Made by a program: the position numbers and the translations under genes. This document shows, piece by piece, positions 1 to 8,706 of a stretch of 32,000 bases of DNA. Source of the DNA: Fidelibacterota bacterium (lineage in GTDB: Bacteria > Fidelibacterota > Fidelibacteria > Fidelibacterales > Fidelibacteraceae); contig JASGMP010000003.1 in assembly GCA_030156395.1 (NCBI GenBank), positions 32,711-64,710 on the forward strand, in the 5' to 3' direction. Each line of letters opens with the position of its first letter. Within the stretch, counting starts at the first letter, position 1. The notes under the pieces are model-generated. The model ran no database searches. It saw only the letters and a program-made list of their open reading frames with translations, and was not told the origin of the DNA.

Positions 1-110
1 AAGAACCAGTTCATTCAGTTGCCGTGAAGGAATTCCCAAGGGTTTGAATTGTCCGAAACGGGGTGGATTTTTAACGTGCCTGCTTTTTTGGGGTCTGGCC
101 ATGGCTAATC

Positions 111-1184
111 CTATATGTTAAATCGAATGTTTATAATATCACCATCCTGTACAATATAGTCCTTTCCTTCCAGGCGGACCTGACCATTTGCTTTTGCTTT
201 CGCCATAGATTTGGTTTCCATAAACACATCATAGGAAATGACCTCAGCCCGGATAAACCCCTTTTCCAGATCGGAGTGTATCGTACCAGCTGCTGCAGGT
301 GCTGTGAGTCCCTGCCGGAGCGTCCAGGCTCTGACTTCATCTTCCCCCACTGTAAAAAAACTTAAAAGTCCCAGTCCTTCATAAGCTGCGCGGATCACAT
401 GATGGATGGCCGGTTCGTCGATTCCCAATTCTTCCATGAAAAGTGCCCGGTCTTCTTCCTCCAATTCCTGAATTTCCTTCTCGGACAGGGCAGATACGGC
501 AGTTACAGCCATATCTGGAAATGTTTCTTTTACCTGACGAATATATACATTCCGTTCTTGGTACCGGGTCTCACTGCAATTCAAAACAGCCAGAAAAGGC
601 TTGGCAGATAAAAACTGAAAACCCCGGATTCGTTTTTCTTCTTCCTCGGTAAATGAAATCTCCCGAATCGGTTTTCCAGCATCCAACGTTTCTTTGCATC
701 GTATCAGAATGTCATGTTCATGCTTATCATACTGGGGAGCGCCTCGCTGTTTCAGATGTTCTACTTTCTCAAGTCGGTTCTCGGCAACCATCAGGTCGGC
801 AAATTGAATTTCCTCTTCCAGGTGCCGGATTTCGCCGGGAGGATCGATAGTCACGGCTTTCCCGTCGTCCCCATAACCTTCAAAAACCCGGATTACAGCC
901 ACCAGACCGTCTACCTGGCGGACTGCCTCCAGATATTTCGAGGATGTATCATGCCGATTCCCCGATGGGATACCCATAATATCAATGCAATTGAATGTAG
1001 CATGTGTTGTTTTTTTCGGCTTGAAAATTTCTGAAAGAGTATCTACACGAGGATCGGGAACCACCACTCTGCCCCGCCGGGATTCTGCCAGGCCGGACCG
1101 GAGGATTTCAAAATGATTTCCTGTGAGAAGTTCAAAGAGGGTGCTTTTTCCTGAAAATTTTACACCGATGAATCCAAGTTCCAT
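111..1184 (-). CDS. ychF: Ribosome-binding ATPase YchF (Obg/OLA1 family)
   Basis: 357-aa ORF. It has an N-terminal P-loop region (GFIGVKFSGKSTLFELLTG), a helical insert and a TGS-type C-terminus (GKDYIVQDGDIINIRFN), which is the YchF layout. AGGAG lies just upstream of the ATG at 1184. The Walker A context is slightly atypical (VKFSGKS rather than LPNVGKS). Confidence 0.85.
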   Translation of the reverse strand: MELGFIGVKFSGKSTLFELLTGNHFEILRSGLAESRRGRVVVPDPRVDTLSEIFKPKKTTHATFNCIDIMGIPSGNRHDTSSKYLEAVRQVDGLVAVIRVFEGYGDDGKAVTIDPPGEIRHLEEEIQFADLMVAENRLEKVEHLKQRGAPQYDKHEHDILIRCKETLDAGKPIREISFTEEEEKRIRGFQFLSAKPFLAVLNCSETRYQERNVYIRQVKETFPDMAVTAVSALSEKEIQELEEEDRALFMEELGIDEPAIHHVIRAAYEGLGLLSFFTVGEDEVRAWTLRQGLTAPAAAGTIHSDLEKGFIRAEVISYDVFMETKSMAKAKANGQVRLEGKDYIVQDGDIINIRFNI

Positions 1185-1238
1185 AAGTCTCCTGATCTAT
1201 TTTTGTTGGAGAAGTGTACGAAATGTCCTGCCAATAGA

Positions 1239-1943
1239 TTACTGAATTTTTTGAATGGAAGCATCAATATAGATTTCTACACGCCGGTTTTGGTTTCTCC
1301 CCGATTCGGTCTCGTTGGATGCCACGGGGTTGAACTCACCAAAGCCGGCCACAGCAAAACGTTCTTCAGGAATTCCTGTTTCCTGATGTAAAATCCGCAT
1401 CACACTCTGAGCCCGGGCAGCGCTTAGTTCCCAGTTGTCCCTAAACCGGACATTGGGTCCAAGGGGGACATTATCCGTATGCCCCTCTATGCGGATTTCC
1501 ACCTGCCAGGCCAGGCCGTTTTCCTGCAGTTCACGTAGCATCGGCCCATGTTCCGTTTGAGTTAAGTCCAAAATATTCAGGGTACGAATCGCATGGGACA
1601 GATCTGTCAGTTGACGCCTGAACTCTGGAAGGGGTTCAGCCTCTCCCGGCTTAAACAATGATTCACCGCGGATGGTAATCTGCACACCTTTTGAATGATA
1701 GTTCACAGTAAAGACTGATAAATTCTGCTTTTCAATAGCTTCGCGGATCTCCCGGCCGGTTTCTTCCAGCCGGTCATGGGTCCATTGGTGGATCCGGCTG
1801 ATTTCACCGGATTGGCGTGCAATCATCATGATGAAAAATGTCAACAAAAGGGTCATGATATCACCAAAAGAAAGAATCCACCCGGAGCGGATAGCTTTTT
1901 CACGACTGGATGAGTTATTCTGCCGTGTGGAAAAAAATTTCAT
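1239..1943 (-). CDS. motB: MotB-type stator subunit (TM with conserved Asp + OmpA-like peptidoglycan-binding domain)
   Basis: 234-aa ORF with an ATGA overlap to the upstream gene. The single N-terminal TM carries the MotB signature GWILSFGDIMTLLLTFFIMM (Asp28). The C-terminal OmpA-like domain reads EGHTDNVP...NWELSAARAQSV...NRRVEIY. Confidence 0.75.
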   Translation of the reverse strand: MKFFSTRQNNSSSREKAIRSGWILSFGDIMTLLLTFFIMMIARQSGEISRIHQWTHDRLEETGREIREAIEKQNLSVFTVNYHSKGVQITIRGESLFKPGEAEPLPEFRRQLTDLSHAIRTLNILDLTQTEHGPMLRELQENGLAWQVEIRIEGHTDNVPLGPNVRFRDNWELSAARAQSVMRILHQETGIPEERFAVAGFGEFNPVASNETESGRNQNRRVEIYIDASIQKIQ

Positions 1944-2635
1944 GATTGTCCGCTTCGTTTGTTAATCATGTTCACCTTAATATAGATTTCAACCCGGCGG
2001 TTCTCATCCCATTTTTTCACGTCATGCAGAGGATGAAAGGATCCGTATCCTGCAATGGAAAAATAATTCTCCGGCACCGGCAAACGAGATTGCAGATATT
2101 GCATCACCTGATAAGCCCGGGCTGTGGACAGATCCCAATTATCCGAGAAGCGTTGTGTTCGTATCGGTTGCTGATCTGAATGTCCTTCAATCCGGATATC
2201 CGTATCGATGTCGTAACCATACGATTCAATCCGGGCTATCTGATCCCGGTACTTCGACTCCAGCAGGGGAAGATCGGTTTCGTTGATCAAACTCACCAGT
2301 TGGGCCAGATAGGGATAAAAATTGGGATTGATTTCATCCGAAGCTGAATTGAAAAAAGGCTGGGCTCCTACCTGGGAAGGAATGAGGATTTTAATCCCTT
2401 TTGTTCCGGTGTTTTCAATATACAGCCAATCTATTCCTTCCCGCACCTTGATCTGTTCCAGCTGACGACCGATCTGGGCGGTCAGATTATCTGAAAAACG
2501 GAATACAGAAGTCGCTTCATGGGTCGCCCGGCTGACAAAAAGGAGGAAAAAGGCCAGGACTCCTGTAAGCAGGGAGGCGTATATAAGTTTCCAGCCGTCT
2601 CGGTCGAATGCTTTTTGACCTATCCCATCATCCAT
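1940..2635 (-). CDS. MotB-like paralog lacking the channel Asp (Asp->Ser), OmpA-like C-terminal domain
   Basis: 231-aa ORF overlapping the motA stop by 8 nt. The architecture matches MotB: TM WKLIYASLLTGVLAFFLLFV plus OmpA-like IEGHSDQQP...NWDLSTARAYQV...NRRVEIY. The position that is YAD/YSD/FGD in MotB proteins reads YAS (Ser21). Confidence 0.7.
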   Translation of the reverse strand: MDDGIGQKAFDRDGWKLIYASLLTGVLAFFLLFVSRATHEATSVFRFSDNLTAQIGRQLEQIKVREGIDWLYIENTGTKGIKILIPSQVGAQPFFNSASDEINPNFYPYLAQLVSLINETDLPLLESKYRDQIARIESYGYDIDTDIRIEGHSDQQPIRTQRFSDNWDLSTARAYQVMQYLQSRLPVPENYFSIAGYGSFHPLHDVKKWDENRRVEIYIKVNMINKRSGQS

Positions 2636-3449
2636 TATGGCGTTTCAGTGTATCTTTTTCTGCTTTGGGTATAAAGGTCAACAGTTTCTCTTCCATGATC
2701 AGGGGATGTTCCCGGGCATGAAGGCTTAATATACCTGTCAGAATGATTTCGTTGATAAAAACTTCTTCATCCGATCTGGTTTTCAGTTTTCCACCAATAG
2801 GAAGAAAGACAAGATTCGCCAGAAGAACCCCGTAAAAAGTCGTGACCAGGGCCCTTCCCATCCCACTCAGAAGGGATGTCATCATCACCTGAGTATCTTG
2901 GGCAAAGGTCATCACACCGGTCACCTGACTCTGTTGTGTCATCATCAGGATAAGTCCCATCACAGTTCCCAACAGCCCGAAAGCAGGGGCATAGGACCCC
3001 ATATTGTAAAACATCTCCTGGCCATTCCGATGCCGGATAACCATATTCGTCAATTCGCTTCTTAAAAAGCGCTCCAGTTTTTCATTGTCTTTTTCGATCA
3101 AGGCCATTTCGATACCCGTTTGCATAAAACGGTTTTTCATGTCCGGAAGCTTGTCTTCCAGAGAAAGCAGTCCCTTTTCTCGTATCAGCCGGCTGTAATC
3201 CACGAGCTGATGAATAATTTTCAGGCTTTCCTGCTGGTGACTGGCAAAAGCTTTGCCAGTCACTTTCAAAAGACCGAGAAACTGTTTGAAGGGATAATTG
3301 ATCATTGTAGCGGCCAGGGTCCCACCGAGCACCACCGCCATGGCATTCCAGTTCAGAAAGGTGTTGGGGATGCTGAATGATTCATCCATCATACCAAAGG
3401 CAATGAGCCCAAGTCCAATAAGTAAACCAAAAAGTGTTGCAATATCCAT
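2628..3449 (-). CDS. motA: MotA/PomA-type stator channel subunit
   Basis: Four-TM MotA pattern: cytoplasmic loop IREKGLLSLED, TM3 YAPAFGLLGTVMGL, TM4 TTFYGVLLANLVFLPIG. The ORF track begins at a GTG (3461). The first ATG (MDIATLFG...) is at 3449 and is used here; the start is uncertain by 12 nt. Confidence 0.8.
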   Translation of the reverse strand: MDIATLFGLLIGLGLIAFGMMDESFSIPNTFLNWNAMAVVLGGTLAATMINYPFKQFLGLLKVTGKAFASHQQESLKIIHQLVDYSRLIREKGLLSLEDKLPDMKNRFMQTGIEMALIEKDNEKLERFLRSELTNMVIRHRNGQEMFYNMGSYAPAFGLLGTVMGLILMMTQQSQVTGVMTFAQDTQVMMTSLLSGMGRALVTTFYGVLLANLVFLPIGGKLKTRSDEEVFINEIILTGILSLHAREHPLIMEEKLLTFIPKAEKDTLKRHNG

Positions 3450-3491
3450 GACTAATCCCACTATTTTTCAAGTAAAATACCTTTTATTTTA

Positions 3492-4655
3492 TTAATCATC
3501 AAGGACAATGAAAGACCGGCGCTGTGGGTCTTTACAATGGACATGGAATGGTGTAAGCAGATCATTTTTCAATATGTCTTCCAAATTCTCCACTTTTTCC
3601 ATCCAGATGGCATGGGGAATAGAATGTCCCAGCAGCAAAAGTCGTCCACCTTCTGGTGAGTCGGATACCTTAAAATCCAGTCCTTTGCAACAACTACCTG
3701 TTCTTCCGTTTATAAAAATCCCATTTCCTGCGAAAATCGGTGCCGTCCAAAAATAGCGCCAGGGATAAGAGAGGGTTTCTGGTATTTTCCCGGTCCGGGA
3801 ATCTCTGTAAAGAACAGCCGTATCCCGTAGGACATCACCTATTGTCAGATCCAAAGAGAAGACACCGGTATTGGAAATATCAGGGATCAGGACTTGTGTT
3901 TTTTTCTCCTTGAGGATAGATTCCGCTTTTTGAGCATCCACATCGGTATCGAAGCGTGTTGTCGATCCGTAATAAAAGGTGGTGAGAGCAGCAAAGAGCC
4001 AATCTGCCGGATCTGTCATCTGTTTGGCAAAAAGGGTCTCTCCTTCCCGAAAAAGGGAGAGTTCCTTGCCCACAGATTGTGCCGCAGAAAGGAGATTATA
4101 CTGTGAAAACTCATACCATATCTCTTCTTTAGAAAAAAAGAGGGCTGGATGATCCAGGGAAACATAGGGGATATCAAAGGGATTTTCAGCTTCAGGACGG
4201 GTGTGTAGGAGAAAATGAACAACACTATGAATGGATTCATAAGTTCCTGTGGGGCCTTTCAAGATATATTCTTCCGGTAGAATTACATCTCCCGGGAGGG
4301 GAAAGGTGGAAGCGCTGTCGGAATTGGCAGCAAAAAATGCCGGAATACCCCCATCCAACAGGGCATGAAAGAGAAAAATCGTTTCCGGAGACAGATCCGG
4401 TTTCAGGCAGACCTTTGAAGAAACATTCAGTCCTTCCTTTTTTAACGCATCCGACAGCAGCCTGATACCGGAGCCCCACTCTTTAAATGTAAAAGGGGGA
4501 ACATCTTTCCAGATAAATGCGGGTTTATCCGGCAGATAGCGCCGGTGCTGAATCAGAACCGTACCAAAATTGGGGAAGGGGACAATTTCTTCATCATAGG
4601 GGATCCCCAGATACGTGTGATATTTTTCGGGGACAAGTGTACGAATCATACTCAT
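3492..4655 (-). CDS. Hypothetical protein, ANL (AMP-dependent synthetase)-like N-terminal domain with degenerate motifs
   Basis: 387-aa ORF with a 4-nt overlap to the upstream gene. By eye it resembles the large N-domain of adenylate-forming enzymes (LPDKPAFIW...FTFKEWGSGIRLLSDALKKEGL). Where the TSGTTGxPKG loop is expected it reads LFFSKEEIWYEFSQYNLL, and there is no C-terminal subdomain. The ORF is likely real; the product call is weak. Confidence 0.4.
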   Translation of the reverse strand: MSMIRTLVPEKYHTYLGIPYDEEIVPFPNFGTVLIQHRRYLPDKPAFIWKDVPPFTFKEWGSGIRLLSDALKKEGLNVSSKVCLKPDLSPETIFLFHALLDGGIPAFFAANSDSASTFPLPGDVILPEEYILKGPTGTYESIHSVVHFLLHTRPEAENPFDIPYVSLDHPALFFSKEEIWYEFSQYNLLSAAQSVGKELSLFREGETLFAKQMTDPADWLFAALTTFYYGSTTRFDTDVDAQKAESILKEKKTQVLIPDISNTGVFSLDLTIGDVLRDTAVLYRDSRTGKIPETLSYPWRYFWTAPIFAGNGIFINGRTGSCCKGLDFKVSDSPEGGRLLLLGHSIPHAIWMEKVENLEDILKNDLLTPFHVHCKDPQRRSFIVLDD

Positions 4656-5251
4656 AATTCAAAAATTTCCGATAAACGTGTGTAAAAGTTGTTGTTCAAT
4701 CGCCCGAGAGGATCCAGTTTGCTTAGGCTTATCCTGTCTCCATCCATGATACCATCATCCAAATGAAAGAGCAGGATCTCTCCTAGAATCAGTACAGATG
4801 AACCGGGATGATTTTCACCGACATCGACCCATTTCAGTATCTTGCATTCCATGGCTGCCGGAGATTCTTTGATCCGTGGACAGGAAATCTTTTCACAGGA
4901 AATGGGTGTCAGTCCCGCCCGGGAAAATTCATCTGTTCCCGGAGGTTCATCCTGAGCCGTTAAAACCATGGAGCTTCCCAGGGACACAGGCACACTGTTA
5001 ACGGCAAAAAAGCCGGTATCCCGAATATTTGCAAGGGTATCTTTTATATGGGGTTTGTCCCGCCGCCGGGCAATGGAAACAGCAAGCACCGGAGGATTGC
5101 TGCTGATACCGGTAAAATAACTGTAAGGGGCCAGATTGTTTACGCCGTCAACTGATACAGTGGAAATCCAGGCCACAGGACGGGGGACAATCAGAGACGC
5201 CATTAAATGGTATGTTTTTCTGTAAGGATGGTTTGAAGGATCAAAAATCAT
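4652..5251 (-). CDS. Flavin reductase-like FMN-binding domain protein
   Basis: 199-aa ORF with the flavin reductase family pattern LIVPRPVAWISTVSVDGVNNLAPYSYF...KDTLANIRDTGFFAVN...DEFSRAGLTP. Confidence 0.75.
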   Translation of the reverse strand: MIFDPSNHPYRKTYHLMASLIVPRPVAWISTVSVDGVNNLAPYSYFTGISSNPPVLAVSIARRRDKPHIKDTLANIRDTGFFAVNSVPVSLGSSMVLTAQDEPPGTDEFSRAGLTPISCEKISCPRIKESPAAMECKILKWVDVGENHPGSSVLILGEILLFHLDDGIMDGDRISLSKLDPLGRLNNNFYTRLSEIFEL

Positions 5252-5291
5252 GATTTTTCCAGGTTATTGAAAGTCTCTACCGGGAGTGCGC

Positions 5292-6944
5292 TTAATTCAT
5301 ATCAATTTGCTCAGGATTCATAAATTTCTCTGCATACCAACGGTATACTTTGGCTTCCTTGAAAAAGGCAAAGAGATCTGGATCGATATGATAATCTTTC
5401 ACCATGAACTCCATAATTTTCATAGCTTCGGAAAGAGTTTTTCCCTTTTTGTAGGGTCTGTCCGGTGCTGTCAGGGCTTCAAAAATATCAGCCATGGCCA
5501 TAATACGTGCCGGCAATTCCAAATTTTCAGCTTTCAGCCCTTTGGGATATCCCGAACCATCCATCCGTTCATGATGCTTGGCTGCATAAGATGGGACATT
5601 TTTCAATTTTTTGGGGAAAGGTAGCTGTGAGAGCATCTTATCGGTCACAACGGCGTGATTCTGAATGATTTGTCGTTCAGCCTCCGTCAGTGTGCCTTTG
5701 GAAATTTGCAGATTGAGAATTTCGTCTTCCGTAAGAACAGGGGTGCGTTTCCCGTCAATCAAGACATGGGTTCGTGCAATGTTGCAAATCCGGTCCTTAT
5801 ATTCGGGTTTAAGAAATTCACCGCCTGTATTCATCCGCTGAATAAACGTGTAATCCTCACTAATTTTCCGGATTTCTTCTTCCAGCCTTTTCATCAGATT
5901 ATCCCGTTCAGCCTGGGCAATGGAATCTTCAGGAGATCCTGCCAAGGCTTTCCACATCTCAATTTCGCGATCTTTTTTCAGCAATTCAAAACGAAGGAAA
6001 ACCGTATGGATCCGGTCATAAATCGTTTCCAGTTTTGTTGCTTTATCCACCACATATTCAGGTGTGGTAATTTTGCCGATGTCGTGAAGAAGTCCGGCAA
6101 AACGGATTTCCTCAATTTCATCTTCACTGTAGTGGACATCCTTAAAAAACCCCTCCGGGCTTTCAGAAATCTGCTGTGCGAGATATACCGCCAGTTCCGC
6201 CACCCTCTCGATATGCCCGCTTGTATATTTGGATTTTTCATCAATCGCCGAAGCTATAACGCGGATAATGGAATTCAATAACTCTTCAAGGCTTTGAATC
6301 AGTCGCTTTTCTGTAATCGCCACAGCTGCCTGACTGCCCAGGGCTTCTGTCAAAACCTGGGATTCAGGGCTAAAGGCAATGGTATTCCCCGATTCATCCT
6401 TGGCATTAATCAATTGGAGCACACCAATGACTTCATTCACGTGATTCAGCATCGGCAGTGCCAGCATAGACTGGGTCCGGTAACCGGTTTTTTGATCAAA
6501 CTGCCGGGTTCCCGTGAAATTAAAATCCTTTACCTCATAGACATCTTCAAAATTTAGTGTTTTTTTCTTCAAAGCAACATAAGCCGCAACCATTTCCAGA
6601 TAAGGGGTTCCATCCTCGTTATACAATTTCACCGGATACCAGTCGATAGGATTCCCTGACATTCCCCCCATCCGGATATTCATGGAATCTGTATGGACAA
6701 TACTGAAGTGTAGTTTTTTCTCATCCTCTGACATCATATACAGCGTAGCGGCATCCGCTCCTGTGATTTTCTTCGCATAGGTGACAATATTTTCCAGAAG
6801 GATATCCTGGTCTTTTTCGGTACTGAGAGAAGTCCCCACGGAGACAAAAACATGAACCCTGTCCTCAAGTGTTCTGATAAGTTCAATCAGTTCTTCTTTG
6901 GATTTAGAGGAAAGGGCTTCGGAAGAGATCACAGGTATTTTCAT
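5292..6944 (-). CDS. GAF-domain HD-GYP phosphodiesterase (c-di-GMP hydrolase family)
   Basis: An N-terminal GAF-like sensor region is followed by HD-GYP motifs LLHDIGKITTP ... KHHERMDGSGYPKGL. The track start at 7004 would overlap the upstream gene by 59 nt. The ATG at 6944 (MKIPVISS...) abuts that gene's stop and is preferred. Confidence 0.85.
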   Translation of the reverse strand: MKIPVISSEALSSKSKEELIELIRTLEDRVHVFVSVGTSLSTEKDQDILLENIVTYAKKITGADAATLYMMSEDEKKLHFSIVHTDSMNIRMGGMSGNPIDWYPVKLYNEDGTPYLEMVAAYVALKKKTLNFEDVYEVKDFNFTGTRQFDQKTGYRTQSMLALPMLNHVNEVIGVLQLINAKDESGNTIAFSPESQVLTEALGSQAAVAITEKRLIQSLEELLNSIIRVIASAIDEKSKYTSGHIERVAELAVYLAQQISESPEGFFKDVHYSEDEIEEIRFAGLLHDIGKITTPEYVVDKATKLETIYDRIHTVFLRFELLKKDREIEMWKALAGSPEDSIAQAERDNLMKRLEEEIRKISEDYTFIQRMNTGGEFLKPEYKDRICNIARTHVLIDGKRTPVLTEDEILNLQISKGTLTEAERQIIQNHAVVTDKMLSQLPFPKKLKNVPSYAAKHHERMDGSGYPKGLKAENLELPARIMAMADIFEALTAPDRPYKKGKTLSEAMKIMEFMVKDYHIDPDLFAFFKEAKVYRWYAEKFMNPEQIDMN

Positions 6945-6945
6945 G

Positions 6946-7701
6946 TTAAAAGATATCAAAATACATGAGTTTAATTTCACGGTTAAAGGATTCCACATTT
7001 TCACCCCAGATGAGATTGTTCAGATCCACTTCCAGGTAGAGATTTTCGGTAATTCCCACCCGAAGTCCCGTATTCAGAAAACCATATCCACCGGAAATTT
7101 TGAATTTTTTTAAATCTGAAAATTTTTCATAGTTGAGGGCGGCATCATATTCAACCATAAGGGAGAACTGGGGGTTCAGCTCAATAGCTGCGCCGGCAAA
7201 GAAAGAAGGCATATAGGTGCTGTCCGGTTGTTCAAGGGAATAATTTACCCCGCCGTGGAGGCTTGTATTGCCGATAAAATGCCAGTTTTTACTGAGGACT
7301 GAATAAAAACCGGGGGATGGAATTTCATAATTTCCATCTGTATAGGTTCCATAGCCTTGGGAAGAAAATCCCACTGATACTCCTGGTTTTTTCATCCCTT
7401 CATCGATCAATCGGTATTTGACACTCACACCAGGCTGGGGATTCCAGGTGATGGTTTCATGACCGATTATGTGAGATCCGCCATAGGATACCCCCATGGA
7501 AAAACGGTCTGTCAACCCCACAGTTGCCCCGATAAGAACCCCACCATTGGTGGTAAAACGCAAGTCTGTCAGGTAAGATCCCCGTGCCAACGTGGCAACC
7601 GTCGGGGTATTGATGAGCTGAACCGGTGCTGGGACAAACTGGGCCGCCAGTGTACCTGCCAAAAGCAGGAACAGGAGGGTTATTTTTACACAATACTTCA
7701 T
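6946..7701 (-). CDS. Exported beta-barrel-type outer membrane protein, unknown function
   Basis: 251-aa ORF. It has a signal peptide (MKYCVKITLLFLLLAGTLAAQ) and a Gly/aromatic-rich alternating strand pattern. The C-terminal ...IKLMYFDIF ends in Phe, resembling an OMP beta-signal. AAGGGGA RBS upstream. Confidence 0.6.
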   Translation of the reverse strand: MKYCVKITLLFLLLAGTLAAQFVPAPVQLINTPTVATLARGSYLTDLRFTTNGGVLIGATVGLTDRFSMGVSYGGSHIIGHETITWNPQPGVSVKYRLIDEGMKKPGVSVGFSSQGYGTYTDGNYEIPSPGFYSVLSKNWHFIGNTSLHGGVNYSLEQPDSTYMPSFFAGAAIELNPQFSLMVEYDAALNYEKFSDLKKFKISGGYGFLNTGLRVGITENLYLEVDLNNLIWGENVESFNREIKLMYFDIF

Positions 7702-7719
7702 GGTTTTCCCCTTTAGTTA

Positions 7720-8688
7720 TCAAACTGCATCAGATGTTACGAACAAGTTTTCAATTTTTTTCAAATAATTCTTCAAAAGCCTCTTCTCTTCACAGGTCTT
7801 CTGCAAGCTCTGCAATTCATCAACGGCTTCCTTCCGGTCCCGGATCAGCTGGGTAAGAAATTTAATCAATCCTTTATCATTCCGTGTTGCCAGCATACGT
7901 AACACTTCATCCCACTGATCCAGCATTTCATACTGGACAAAAATGTTTCCTTTCAGCAATTGAATGGTTTTTTCACGTTCTTCCAGCAAAATCCGTTTTG
8001 TAGTACTGAAATTTTCGTCCAGGCACAAGATAGAGCGAATCTCTTTGATTATTTTGTGAATGGTTTCCACCTCTTTTTTCCAAAAGGCATCTCCTTGTCC
8101 CATGGCCAGCAAAAAGGCATGGAGGGCTTGAAAATCCGGTAGCAATTCTCCAGGAAGTTTCATGGTCAGTTTGTCAAAATCCACTATTTGGATCAGGACA
8201 AGGGGAATCAGATAATCCAAGGCTGTTTTTTGCAACTCATCGGGATGAACTATCTTTTCCGGAAACCGTTCAATTTTATTCAAAAAGTCTGCTTTCCGTT
8301 CTGGATGGAAACTTTTTTCCAATTGGAAGGGTAATTTTTTCCGCCGGCTTTCAAAATCCTGCCGTTGAAGTGTTTCTACATAAAGGGCTCCGCGAAGGGC
8401 TCCTTTGCGGTTTTGATAGGCCGATGTCTCAAAATAGAGAATCCGATCCTGATGGAAGCTGTATACCTGACAGATATTCAAAATCCTTTGTAAAACCCTA
8501 ATCTCCCGGGATAAATTATCGTGACCGGTTGCAACACCTAAAAGGTGAGCCGAGACCATGCTTCTTCGGATGGACTCGGTCAGGGTTTCCGTTTGGTGTA
8601 TATCTGTTTCGCCACGGCTGATGGCATCTATACAGTCATAGGCTGACTGAAGTGAATTGAAAAAAAAAACTTTGAGTCCGTGAATCAT
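7720..8688 (-). CDS. Hypothetical protein (helical, no recognised motif)
   Basis: 322-aa ORF with an AGGAG RBS upstream of the ATG at 8688. It sits in the co-directional gene run. I recognise no family signature. Confidence 0.5.
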   Translation of the reverse strand: MIHGLKVFFFNSLQSAYDCIDAISRGETDIHQTETLTESIRRSMVSAHLLGVATGHDNLSREIRVLQRILNICQVYSFHQDRILYFETSAYQNRKGALRGALYVETLQRQDFESRRKKLPFQLEKSFHPERKADFLNKIERFPEKIVHPDELQKTALDYLIPLVLIQIVDFDKLTMKLPGELLPDFQALHAFLLAMGQGDAFWKKEVETIHKIIKEIRSILCLDENFSTTKRILLEEREKTIQLLKGNIFVQYEMLDQWDEVLRMLATRNDKGLIKFLTQLIRDRKEAVDELQSLQKTCEEKRLLKNYLKKIENLFVTSDAV

Positions 8689-8706
8689 CCAGCCATTCTC
8701 CTGTGA

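Noticed and set aside
1-110. Possible 3' end of a gene or a ychF terminator at the left edge (palindrome GCCATGGC, T-run at about 84-89).
   Set aside because: No ORF is resolvable in 110 nt, and no stable hairpin adjoins a T-tract in the correct orientation for ychF.
1239-3461. Possible Zorya-type anti-phage system (ZorA/ZorB are MotA/MotB homologs).
   Set aside because: The MotA here is short (about 273 aa) with no long C-terminal tail like ZorA. There are no ZorC/ZorD (helicase/nuclease) or ZorE genes nearby. The flanking genes are housekeeping or metabolic.
5655-6281. Long antisense ORFs: 5655-6281 (+), 25930-26763 (-), 25637-26257 (-), 23919-24356 (-), 11937-12317 (+), 13323-13760 (+) and many others in the track.
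   Set aside because: Each lies entirely opposite a gene with strong family motifs. Their translations are low-complexity or Cys/Arg/Phe-rich with no recognisable motifs and no RBS. They are shadow ORFs.
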